Of a stretch of DNA of 24,881 bases, positions 1 through 8,088 are shown piece by piece. Below the pieces are notes generated by a model, which saw nothing but the letters and a program-made list of their open reading frames with translations, was not told the origin of the DNA and did not search any database. Source of the DNA: a virus (Duplodnaviria > Caudoviricetes); the IMG/VR virus record IMGVR_UViG_3300025872_000287, positions 1 through 24,881 of that record, one strand, 5' to 3'. Each line of letters begins with the position of its first letter. The stretch's first letter is position 1. Both the position numbers and the translations under genes were made by a program.

Positions 1-32
1 ACCAATGACGCGGAATTCAATAAATCGCTCAT
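1..32 (-). CDS. 5' fragment of a fibre/lectin-like virion protein (runs off the left edge; probably the N-terminus of the gene at the right edge)
   Basis: ATG at 32, 1 nt after the stop of 34..189, translating MSDLLNSASLV. Only 11 codons are visible, so identity with the right-edge gene is inferred from gene order and family recollection. Confidence 0.55.
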   Translation of the reverse strand, partial: MSDLLNSASL

Positions 33-33
33 T

Positions 34-189
34 TTATAGATTATTCAATTTGTTCAACATACATGAAACACCTTCATAATACCCGCCATCGGCGGTGATT
101 CGTGATTTGTACGCAACAACGATGGGCCAACCTTGCCCCAAATATTGTGCGCTTCGAATGCCAATTCCTAATGCGCTGATTCCAATCAT
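34..189 (-). CDS. 51-aa putative virion adaptor peptide (not in ORF track)
   Basis: MIGISALGIGIRSAQYLGQGWPIVVAYKSRITADGGYYEGVSCMLNKLNNL*. It fills the gap between neighbours with 1-nt spacers on both sides, and its C-terminal half matches residues 37-61 of the 837-aa tail protein. Confidence 0.8.
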   Translation of the reverse strand: MIGISALGIGIRSAQYLGQGWPIVVAYKSRITADGGYYEGVSCMLNKLNNL

Positions 190-190
190 T

Positions 191-469
191 TTAATATGCT
201 ATTACGCTGCCGGTGCTAATTACAAAACCGGTGATTTTGCTGCCTTTGCCGGCGGGCAAATATGCGCCTTGTTGGAAAGTAATTCCGGACATGCCACGAG
301 CCGACAAAACATTTGTGGATGTTCCGTTTTCTTGGGTAACTGTGAACGATGTGAACACCGTGTCGGCCTGAACAACCAACGCGTCAAAACTTACGGATGT
401 AACCGTCCCCGATCCGAAATATTTAAATCCATCGTAACCGGCAACGATGTCAATTGATGCTTCTGCCAT
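191..469 (-). CDS. 92-aa beta-rich virion protein, possible head-spike base
   Basis: Start reassigned to ATG 469 (MAEASIDIVAG) because the longer ORF start overlaps a promoter-like region. G/S/T/V-rich beta-strand pattern; size and position resemble RcGTA spike base Rcc01079 (inference). Confidence 0.6.
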   Translation of the reverse strand: MAEASIDIVAGYDGFKYFGSGTVTSVSFDALVVQADTVFTSFTVTQENGTSTNVLSARGMSGITFQQGAYLPAGKGSKITGFVISTGSVIAY

Positions 470-476
470 AATGCTT

Positions 477-513
477 CGAAAATAACATCGTGACAATAAA
501 CATTTGCAACATT
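477..513 (-). promoter_or_regulatory. Putative late promoter: AATGTTGCAAATGT box, N15, TATTTTCG
   Basis: 14-bp box at 500-513 and a -7-like octamer at 484-477. The same architecture and spacing occur at 11385-11421. Confidence 0.6.
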
Positions 514-3026
514 TATTGAACAATCAGCCACCATTGCGTTCCATCGCTGATAACTGTGCATGTTTCAAAATTTGTATTCAAAACCTTTGTTGGGTTGCCA
601 TCAATATCAAACCCGCCGCCGGTGATGACAACCGAATGTGATGATGCAATTTTTTTGAAATAATATTTTTTACCTTTTGATATTGTCGGATCAGGTAAAT
701 CAACCGTAACCGTTCCGCCGGATGAATCGCACAAAATTAATTCATAACCATTGGTGATGGTGTGTGTCCCGGCCGTGTATGTGATGGGCGCATTGTGTTC
801 CTGAATCCGCCAATTAACCAATTCCGTTGAATCGTCATAACTCAACATCACCTCCCAACGGGTGTTCAATGTTGGCTGCGATGCGGGCGCGCCTTCGGCA
901 TCATTGACCAAATGTTCCAAAACTTGTTGCGGAACATTGGAAATCGCTGAATTCAAATTTGTCACCGCTGATTCAACATAATTCAAACGATTATTCAGAT
1001 TCCCGGTTTGTGATTGCTCGACTTTTAAACCTTCGCCGGATGATGTTGTCAAGGTATAAACTGGTGAAACACCAATCCATTCGCCATCCCATTGTTCCGA
1101 ACGGCAATTGTATTTGACCCCGTTCAAAACCCATGAATAATTGTCAAAATATAATGATTTGATTGCAGTCAATGACCCGGAATCAATCCATGTTCCACGA
1201 ACCACCGGAACAAAATTGGCGTAAATCGATGCCATTTGTAACCCCAACATTTTGGTGATTGTTCCGTGTGTAATTGAATCCCAACCGCCATACCAATCCG
1301 ATGCCAAAACATCGGTTGTGCCGTTAAACACCAACCAATTACCAATTCCGTATTTCAGGGAATCCGTATAATATGGCGATTCAATTGTGATGGGTGTTGA
1401 ATTCGCCAAATTGGCTGTGGATGCGGTGATGACCTCCGTGATGTCAAAAATATAATCCGCATTTTGATATGGTGACGCATCTGCAAATGAAACCTGAATT
1501 GAACCCCAAAAATCCTTCAACGCTGAATTGCCGTTTTTCCATTTGCCACCGCCCGAATAGGAAAGAATAACACCATGAACAAACATGTTGACTTCCAATC
1601 GGGTGTAACCGACCGGCGCGGTTGTCACCGACAATTCAAATTCCGATGTGATCCAACCGCCTTTGATGTCTTTGGTTGGCATGCGATACAATTGATTTCC
1701 CGAATTCCCCGATGCGGACCAATATCCATTCGCGTCCAAATAAACATAAGAGCCACCCGAATTCCGCAACCTGATATTGTAGTAAACATCGGTTGAATCT
1801 TCGACATACAAAACCCCACCCAATGTGTCGGATCGTTTGAATGATTTTGCCATAAAACGAATGCGCATCGGTGCGGCATCCGGTGATGTTCCGGTTGGAA
1901 TATCCGTGGCAATCAACGACAATGTTGATGATGATGTATTTGGGTAACTGCGCAACGCTTTTGCCACATTTTGACGATGCGTGTTTATTGTCACCGATTG
2001 TGCAGCTGGTTGATAGTACAATGATGGTTTTGCCATCCACAATGGCCGAACATCGTTGCCAATTGTTTGACGGTGTGAATATGTTGTCGTCCCGATATAT
2101 TGCCCGGTATACGAATATTGACGCAAATTGATTGATGTCGTGTTATTATACGCGTTGAATGGGATCACATAATACGCGCCATTTTCATGAGTGAATCGCG
2201 CCCCAAACATCAACAACACATTTTCCAACGCTTGTTTTGCTGAAATATAATTTGGTTCAATTTGCCATCCAACCGTGTCAATAACTTTGACATCCGTAAA
2301 CGGATCAAAATTTTCCAAAAATGTATATTCAAAAAGTTTATACATGTCGAACCCTAATCGGGCCGCATTATCTTCGTTTAACAATGTGCCATCATACAAA
2401 TATTGTTGTGGCGTTCCATTGACAACCCAATAATCCGACAAATCCAATGTGTCCAAACAACGGCGAAACAACTGGTTGATTGTGATGTATTCATCCGAAA
2501 ACCATGATGATTGTACTTTGTACCCATCCATCAATTCAAGGCCATCCACAGCCACCAAATCAATGATTGGTTTGCTTTGTATGGATTCGCGCAATCGCGT
2601 CATTTGGTCGGCCAATACGCGGCCAACATGAATCAATGAATCATTGCGATAAATCAACATCGCCCATGCGGTTTCGGCTTCGGTTTGAATGCCGACAAAA
2701 TCATCCAATGTATTTTGATCCGGCATCACCCATTGGGCAATTGCCCGTGATGGCCTGATAAAATTGGAATAAACTGAATCTGATTCGCCTTGCCTTTCAA
2801 TACTGATTCCATCACCGGCCAATGTTAATTCAACCGATGAATTCAATGCTTCTAATTTGTCAAAACAACATGTTTGGCCTTCAATATATCCGCCGGCTGA
2901 TTGAACCCGTGCATTGTATAAACGCGCAACAATTTCCGGTGTTGTTCCTGATGGTGAATCCCATAATTCAACCCGGTATTCAACATTTGTAATTGATAAA
3001 AACGAACCTTTGTAAATCCTTGCCAT
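513..3026 (-). CDS. Tail tip / baseplate hub protein (837 aa)
   Basis: Directly follows the tape measure gene (TAATG overlap). Beta-rich, with a short coiled coil (LNNRLNYVESAVTNLNSAI) and a C-terminal ...TVISDGTQW domain typical of tail appendage proteins. Confidence 0.75.
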   Translation of the reverse strand: MARIYKGSFLSITNVEYRVELWDSPSGTTPEIVARLYNARVQSAGGYIEGQTCCFDKLEALNSSVELTLAGDGISIERQGESDSVYSNFIRPSRAIAQWVMPDQNTLDDFVGIQTEAETAWAMLIYRNDSLIHVGRVLADQMTRLRESIQSKPIIDLVAVDGLELMDGYKVQSSWFSDEYITINQLFRRCLDTLDLSDYWVVNGTPQQYLYDGTLLNEDNAARLGFDMYKLFEYTFLENFDPFTDVKVIDTVGWQIEPNYISAKQALENVLLMFGARFTHENGAYYVIPFNAYNNTTSINLRQYSYTGQYIGTTTYSHRQTIGNDVRPLWMAKPSLYYQPAAQSVTINTHRQNVAKALRSYPNTSSSTLSLIATDIPTGTSPDAAPMRIRFMAKSFKRSDTLGGVLYVEDSTDVYYNIRLRNSGGSYVYLDANGYWSASGNSGNQLYRMPTKDIKGGWITSEFELSVTTAPVGYTRLEVNMFVHGVILSYSGGGKWKNGNSALKDFWGSIQVSFADASPYQNADYIFDITEVITASTANLANSTPITIESPYYTDSLKYGIGNWLVFNGTTDVLASDWYGGWDSITHGTITKMLGLQMASIYANFVPVVRGTWIDSGSLTAIKSLYFDNYSWVLNGVKYNCRSEQWDGEWIGVSPVYTLTTSSGEGLKVEQSQTGNLNNRLNYVESAVTNLNSAISNVPQQVLEHLVNDAEGAPASQPTLNTRWEVMLSYDDSTELVNWRIQEHNAPITYTAGTHTITNGYELILCDSSGGTVTVDLPDPTISKGKKYYFKKIASSHSVVITGGGFDIDGNPTKVLNTNFETCTVISDGTQWWLIVQ

Positions 3027-4864
3027 TATCCGCGCCGTGAATCTTTATTGTATCTTTCCAAAACGATGGCCAAATCGCGTCCGCTGATGTGCGTTTGCGC
3101 AACATAACCGGATGATTGTTCGGGCTTCATCAATGTTTTTAATTTGTCCAAAGGTGCAATGACCTCCGGGTTGCTGCGCGCGCCGGGATATTCACCCATC
3201 AAACCCAATGTTGGTCCGCTTACAATACCACCATCGGCAAACGCGGTCACGCTTGGGCCTTGTTTCATTTGGTTTGCCACCGCCGTACCCAATGCAACCA
3301 TCGCAATACCGGCTGCAACCGCAACTTGTGGTTGGATAAATGCGGTTTGAAATTTTTGAACGCTGATTCCATACGCAATCAACATTTTACCGACTGTTTT
3401 GACAAAATTGCCCAATTGGCCAACAACTGATTGAACAAACCCCTCAATGCCATTGCCTTGACCGGACAATTGATTTCCCAACGCTTCGCCCAATGATATT
3501 GCAATATCTTCACCCAATCGTTCAACCGCCATTGCCATGTCGGTCATCAATTTGTCGAAATCCTGAACAATTTGCGACCGGCTTTTGGGATCAATTTGAA
3601 CTTGAACCAAAACGGGCGCAACGGCCGTCCCGCCAATCAGATTTGCACCGGTTAATTGTTTTAAATCTTCGGCCGCTTTCTTTTTTGCTTTTTCACCACC
3701 TTCAAAACGCTTTTTGTCCAACCACTCAATCAAATCGGCCTCAACTTTTTTGACTTCTTCTGCGCTTTTTTTAATTTCAGCCAATGCAGTTTTTCGCCTT
3801 TGGCTTTGTTTTTTTGCCGCTTCGGAATCCAATTTGGCTTGTTTGTCGGTCGCTTCTTTGTTTATCGCTTCAATGTTTTTTTGATACGATTTTTCAAGGT
3901 ATTCAAGTTCGGTCAACTTTGCCGTTGCGGCTTGAATCTTTGTTTTGATTGCGGCCCTATCTTCTTCGCCTTCTGCGCGTGTCAAATCATCAAACAACAA
4001 TCGCATGTTGTCGTTGTATTTTTTGCGCATTCTTTGCGTTTCTTCTAAACGGCGTTTATTCGTTTCCAATTCCGTTTCGCCCAATTCTTGAATCTTTGTG
4101 GCAAAATCACGGATTTGTTTGTTGTATTCGGATTGTTGTTTTTGCGCCTCCTTGACTTTTTCATTCACCCCATCCAAACCATCCGAAAACGCATAAATGG
4201 CGGCAACGGCTGCGCCAATGGCAACCGTGGCAATAACAAATGGATTGGCCAAAAACTTTGTTAACCCACCAAATTGGGATTGCAAATCTTTGACTTGCAT
4301 GACGGCCGCGCTGAAATTCAATGCCGCGTTCAAACCCATCAATGTGTTGCGCAACGCTTTGTTGTCGTCTGCGACAATTGCGATAATTGAACTAACTGAT
4401 GAAAATGATGTGGCCAACCCATTCAATGCGGCGCGTGTTCCACCCAATGTTTGATTCGTAATTCCCAATTGTTGGGTGAATCCTTGTTTTTTTGCAGTCA
4501 ATTCAGAAACGGCGATTGACTGGTCTTTGATTGCCGCTTTGGTTTGTTCGATTTCCTGACGAACTCGCTTTTGACCCTGAACATCCATTTTCGACATGGT
4601 GTCACGCTTTTGGCGCAACTTTTCCAATTCCATCATGAATTCACGGGTGATTTGTTTTTGTTCGTCAATTTCGGCCGTGACGGCTGCAATCTTTTGGCGC
4701 AATTGGCCCGACCCCAATGATTGTTCAATGGCTTGACCGGCTTTGTTTGCGCTTTGCTGCATTTTGGCCGATGACTTTTCCATCGTATCGGCCGCGGCCT
4801 TCACATCTCTATTGAATAGATCCGTGACCGCATTTAAAACAATATTAATCGCACTTAATGCCAT
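3026..4864 (-). CDS. Tape measure protein (612 aa)
   Basis: Long Ala/Gln/Lys-rich helical protein with hydrophobic stretches and a C-terminal FADGGIVSGPTLGLMGE..GA..NPEVIAPL signature; located in the tail module. Confidence 0.92.
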   Translation of the reverse strand: MALSAINIVLNAVTDLFNRDVKAAADTMEKSSAKMQQSANKAGQAIEQSLGSGQLRQKIAAVTAEIDEQKQITREFMMELEKLRQKRDTMSKMDVQGQKRVRQEIEQTKAAIKDQSIAVSELTAKKQGFTQQLGITNQTLGGTRAALNGLATSFSSVSSIIAIVADDNKALRNTLMGLNAALNFSAAVMQVKDLQSQFGGLTKFLANPFVIATVAIGAAVAAIYAFSDGLDGVNEKVKEAQKQQSEYNKQIRDFATKIQELGETELETNKRRLEETQRMRKKYNDNMRLLFDDLTRAEGEEDRAAIKTKIQAATAKLTELEYLEKSYQKNIEAINKEATDKQAKLDSEAAKKQSQRRKTALAEIKKSAEEVKKVEADLIEWLDKKRFEGGEKAKKKAAEDLKQLTGANLIGGTAVAPVLVQVQIDPKSRSQIVQDFDKLMTDMAMAVERLGEDIAISLGEALGNQLSGQGNGIEGFVQSVVGQLGNFVKTVGKMLIAYGISVQKFQTAFIQPQVAVAAGIAMVALGTAVANQMKQGPSVTAFADGGIVSGPTLGLMGEYPGARSNPEVIAPLDKLKTLMKPEQSSGYVAQTHISGRDLAIVLERYNKDSRRG

Positions 4865-5265
4865 CAGCGGTTGTAACTTATTGAATAATCTTGAATAATT
4901 TGATAGACGCCGTATTCTTCGGAATTGTCATCGGTCAAATGGGATTCGCTCATGTATTCGATTTCCCATGTATACACCCCGTTGAATGTCCCCGGTGTTG
5001 TCACCTCCAATGCCGTGCGCGTCAAATCTGCAATTTGAACACATTGCGTGTATGTTGTCGCATATATGTTAACTTCAACATTCGCCCAATCCGTTTTTGA
5101 ATGACCGGATTTGGATGGATGCGGTGTCACCGCTGTGACGCGAATTGTGATGCCCGGATATGGAACACCTTGCACAATGCGCAATGGGTTTATGTTCGTG
5201 CCAACAACGGCCGTCAATGCGGAATTGTTGGATAAAACATTGTAAATGGCGTTTATTGCTTTCAT
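4864..5265 (-). CDS. Tail terminator/completion protein (DUF3168 / SPP1 gp17-like)
   Basis: 133 aa; AIYNVLSNNSALTAVVGTNINP..YP.ITI and EVNIYA..Y...IADL..AL patterns typical of the family. Confidence 0.75.
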   Translation of the reverse strand: MKAINAIYNVLSNNSALTAVVGTNINPLRIVQGVPYPGITIRVTAVTPHPSKSGHSKTDWANVEVNIYATTYTQCVQIADLTRTALEVTTPGTFNGVYTWEIEYMSESHLTDDNSEEYGVYQIIQDYSISYNR

Positions 5266-5609
5266 GCTTCGGCGGGCGGTGTCAACTTCGCAAATATATC
5301 CGCATAGCGCGTAACCTTTGCAACAATATCGTCATGGTTTGATTTTTCCCACGGGAATTTCATCAACTTTTGTGGGCTGATTGGTTTTTTCAAATGTGGT
5401 GAAATCATGGTTGCCGCCATCCACCGGGACAATTCCCATTGATTGCGATATTGTTGTTCTTGGGCATTTCTCATCCCAAACAAGCGTAAACGAAAATATT
5501 TTGGATGGCAATCATCAAACGATGCGTCATCCATTCCCATTTCGCCAAATGCGATTTCGCGTAATCGGTCAAATGTTAGGGATTCAGATTTGGCCGAATC
5601 TACTTTCCC
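5262..5609 (-). CDS. Tail assembly chaperone GT extension (-1 frame; fusion product about 228 aa)
   Basis: The frame is open from the slippery site (GKVDSAKSESLTFDRLREIAFGEMGMDD...) and in frame with ORF 5262..5540; contains the WE..RW...P.KLMKFPWE motif. Confidence 0.85.
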   Translation of the reverse strand, partial: GKVDSAKSESLTFDRLREIAFGEMGMDDASFDDCHPKYFRLRLFGMRNAQEQQYRNQWELSRWMAATMISPHLKKPISPQKLMKFPWEKSNHDDIVAKVTRYADIFAKLTPPAEA

Positions 5610-5947
5610 ACCGTTTCCGATGTGCCTTGACGGGGTTTAAAAAATTCTTCGACCGCTTTGGTAAATTGCAAAATTACGGGTTCGATTTCGCTAAATGATT
5701 CAATAGCATCTGCAAAATCATCAATGTCCACAAATGGAAATTTTTGACCTTGCTTTTTGCAACCGGATTGAATCCCAAAATATGCGCATGCTCGCGCAAA
5801 TTTCAATGAATGTGCAATGTTGTTGGCCGTCATGTTTTCGCCCAACTGCGTGAAATCTTCCAAATTAAATTCGGCCATTATGTTTTCAATGGCGCGCATG
5901 TTAAAAAAAAGGGGGTGTTGAACACCCCCGATTGTAATCGTGTTCAT
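5600..5947 (-). CDS. Tail assembly chaperone G (115 aa)
   Basis: Start reassigned to ATG 5947 (MNTITIGGVQHPLFFNMRA); follows the tail tube gene and ends at the slippery site. Confidence 0.85.
   Translation of the reverse strand: MNTITIGGVQHPLFFNMRAIENIMAEFNLEDFTQLGENMTANNIAHSLKFARACAYFGIQSGCKKQGQKFPFVDIDDFADAIESFSEIEPVILQFTKAVEEFFKPRQGTSETVGK
5603..5609 (-). other. Programmed -1 ribosomal frameshift site G-GGA-AAG
   Basis: GTG GGA AAG TAG ends the chaperone ORF. The heptamer is identical to the lambda G/GT site and the -1 frame stays open for 113 more residues. Confidence 0.9.
5903..5929 (-). terminator. Intrinsic terminator embedded in the chaperone coding sequence
   Basis: Minus strand GGGGGTGT-TCA-ACACCCCC followed by T8: a perfect 8-bp stem about 47 nt downstream of the tail tube stop. 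Confidence 0.75.
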
Positions 5948-5951
5948 GTCG

Positions 5952-5959
5952 CGAATATA
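5952..5959 (-). promoter_or_regulatory. Putative -7 element TATATTCG, 4 nt before the chaperone ATG
   Basis: One mismatch from the Bacteroidota TAnnTTTG consensus; the same variant precedes the portal and 92-aa genes. No upstream box is visible here. Confidence 0.45.
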
Positions 5960-5975
5960 CGCAACAAATTCAAAA

Positions 5976-6407
5976 TTAAATTGTTCCAACGGTCAATGCG
6001 CCCGTCCCCTGAATTGATGCAGTGAATGTCGCAACATCGTTTTGTGGGGCGGTCAAATTTAATTCGTTGAAAAATGCTGATCCGCTCAATTTCAAATCGC
6101 CGCTAACATTGGATGTCATCACGATTGTCACGGATGTGCCGGCCAACAAATCGGTGATGATTTCTTTCCAGCTGATGCCCGCGCCAACGCTTGCATCTTC
6201 TTCGAACATACCTTCAACACTCATGGTGTACCCGTATTCGCCCGCGATGTATTCTTTCGCACCGGCTGAATCCTTGTTAGTGGTTTCAATCATGTCTTTG
6301 GTGATTGAAAAATCGTTTGATGTCGCGTTTGCGATTTTGGTCAATGTGCCGCTGATGTCTTTGTAAATTGCAATCAGCGTTCCGTTGGTGATTCCTGTGC
6401 TTGGCAT
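5976..6407 (-). CDS. Major tail (tube) protein, TP901-1-like
   Basis: 143 aa; IETTNKDSAGAKEYIAG...SVEG and SGSAF....L.AP.NDVATFTASIQGTGAL motifs; A-rich leader. Confidence 0.9.
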   Translation of the reverse strand: MPSTGITNGTLIAIYKDISGTLTKIANATSNDFSITKDMIETTNKDSAGAKEYIAGEYGYTMSVEGMFEEDASVGAGISWKEIITDLLAGTSVTIVMTSNVSGDLKLSGSAFFNELNLTAPQNDVATFTASIQGTGALTVGTI

Positions 6408-6429
6408 AATATTATTTTTTTATTTTTTT

Positions 6430-6909
6430 TTATTTGGTTTGAAGGCCCGCGCGTTTGGCTTTGTCTGCCAAATGCGTTGTGACCAATTTGTTCATTGCCT
6501 GAATATATAAATTTTTGCCCGATTCAAATGCGGGTCGCATGAATGGTTTTGCCGGGCCGATGTTCTTTCCATATTTTGCGCCTGATGCGCTTGTTTTCTT
6601 TTTCCGGCTTGGTGTACGGTCGGCCGTTCCTTCTTCGATTAAATGGGCATGAAATCCCTTGTAAGGACCATAAACACGCGCGCCAATCAAACGGAATGCG
6701 CGACCCTTGCCACGGTTGTCGCGTTCAATAAATCCAATTGAATTGCGCAAATTGCCGGTTTTGACATTGATTTTCGCTTTTGCCAATGTTATAAATATGC
6801 GCCCGGCTTGCTCGATAAATTGACCCATAATGGGCGAATCAATTTGCAAATTGCGGAATTCATCAATTGCCAATTTGTTTTTCTGAAAATATGCCGTCGT
6901 TTTTGTCAT
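6430..6909 (-). CDS. HK97 gp10-like tail completion protein
   Basis: KTGNLRNSI, HAHLIEEGT and PAKPFMRPAF motifs. Confidence 0.88.
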   Translation of the reverse strand: MTKTTAYFQKNKLAIDEFRNLQIDSPIMGQFIEQAGRIFITLAKAKINVKTGNLRNSIGFIERDNRGKGRAFRLIGARVYGPYKGFHAHLIEEGTADRTPSRKKKTSASGAKYGKNIGPAKPFMRPAFESGKNLYIQAMNKLVTTHLADKAKRAGLQTK

Positions 6910-7226
6910 TGCACTAATTCAGTTTGAAGGCGTAAATACATGCGGCGTTCCAAATCCGCAATATTGATGATGTTGTAATATTTGGATTCCCAAAGAATGC
7001 GCATTTTGGTTGTGATGCCTGAATCGTATCGCATTGAAAATGTCACGGTTTGTTTTGCTTCGCGGCGGTCCGAATCAACCGATTCCGAACCCGATTCGCT
7101 TTCCTGAATCCTTGCCCATGGGGTTGAATAGGTCGACCATGATTGCAACTTTTCACCGGTGTTTGAATCGGTGGTTGTTGTAAATTGTTGAACTGTGACC
7201 AATTCATCCATCAATCCGGGGTTCAT
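6906..7226 (-). CDS. Head closure protein (SPP1 gp16-like)
   Basis: MNPGLMDELVT..Q, WARI and F.MRY..GITTKMRI.W..KYYNI motifs. Confidence 0.9.
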   Translation of the reverse strand: MNPGLMDELVTVQQFTTTTDSNTGEKLQSWSTYSTPWARIQESESGSESVDSDRREAKQTVTFSMRYDSGITTKMRILWESKYYNIINIADLERRMYLRLQTELVQ

Positions 7227-7882
7227 GATATAACGCTAATTTTGTAAGGGTCTAACAAATACTGAAAACCAAATTGAATCGGGTTGTTTTGAACACCAAC
7301 GGTGATGGCCATCCGGTTGTCATAATATTGACCAACCAACAACAATGCCGCATGTTTAATTGATGCCGGAAACAATGTGTCGGGGTTTACGCTTGTTGCG
7401 CTTGCCAGTTCAAAACCTTCGGTGATTTCAACAATGTATTTGATGACATCATCGGTCACGCTTGTTGGCGCGTTTTCAATAAATATGTTTCGTGAAAACA
7501 ACCCCATTGGATTTGGCGCGGTGATCCAATCAGCGGAATCAAATGCGGTGATGGCTTGGGAATCGTTTACATAAGAAACGGAATTCACCGCCAAAACGCG
7601 TGAATTAATGCGCAAATAATTACCGGACGGGATGTTTAACCCGTTCACGGGGTTAATCAGGGCCGGTTGACCGGTAAATCCATCAAAACCATATTTGGCC
7701 GTTCCTTTTCTTACCGTATAACCAATATATTGACCGCACGCATCCAATGCCATTGCAATCAATCCACCGATGTATGTGTCATCGGATGATGATGTCACGC
7801 GCAAATGCGTCTTTGCATCAGCGACCGAAATATAATCGGTTGCGGCGTGTGAAAATGCGGTGTAATTGCGTGCAACAAACAT
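7223..7882 (-). CDS. Head-tail connector/adaptor (gp6-like, long form)
   Basis: ISVADAKTHLRV....DDTYI..LI and PASIKHAALLLVGQYYDNR...LLDPY motifs. Confidence 0.9.
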   Translation of the reverse strand: MFVARNYTAFSHAATDYISVADAKTHLRVTSSSDDTYIGGLIAMALDACGQYIGYTVRKGTAKYGFDGFTGQPALINPVNGLNIPSGNYLRINSRVLAVNSVSYVNDSQAITAFDSADWITAPNPMGLFSRNIFIENAPTSVTDDVIKYIVEITEGFELASATSVNPDTLFPASIKHAALLLVGQYYDNRMAITVGVQNNPIQFGFQYLLDPYKISVIS

Positions 7883-7884
7883 GG

Positions 7885-8085
7885 TTATTCCGCATCCAAT
7901 GCGGTTTCAGGGTTAACGGGTTTTTTCTTTGCTTTGGGCTTTTCAACTACTTCTTCAATAACCAGTTCAACCGCCTCGGCCTCCAACAATAATTCCGCTT
8001 GTTTGGATTCCATTTCAACGATTTCGCCAATATTGTACGACAAATTAAATTTGCCCGATGGGTTAATCAAAAATTTCACTTTCAT
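7885..8085 (-). CDS. 66-aa conserved-position hypothetical protein after the capsid gene
   Basis: MKVKF...Y..GEIVEM....AELL...A pattern with a charged tail, as commonly found between capsid and connector genes. Confidence 0.75.
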   Translation of the reverse strand: MKVKFLINPSGKFNLSYNIGEIVEMESKQAELLLEAEAVELVIEEVVEKPKAKKKPVNPETALDAE

Positions 8086-8088
8086 GGC

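Noticed and set aside
30-40. Programmed frameshift fusing the 51-aa ORF to the fibre gene
   Set aside because: It would need a +1 shift at CTA-TAA-A with no plausible tRNA re-pairing; TAA-A-ATG is ordinary coupling, also seen at 189-193.
95-457. 120-aa plus-strand ORF and similar antisense ORFs (e.g. 10494..10919, 6022..6366, 19498..20037, 20828..21157)
   Set aside because: They lie opposite well-supported genes and have no motifs; scarcity of TAG/CTA lengthens shadow frames.
6408-6432. Plus-strand T-runs as a terminator
   Set aside because: No hairpin; on the coding strand this is an A-rich leader typical of Bacteroidota translation initiation.
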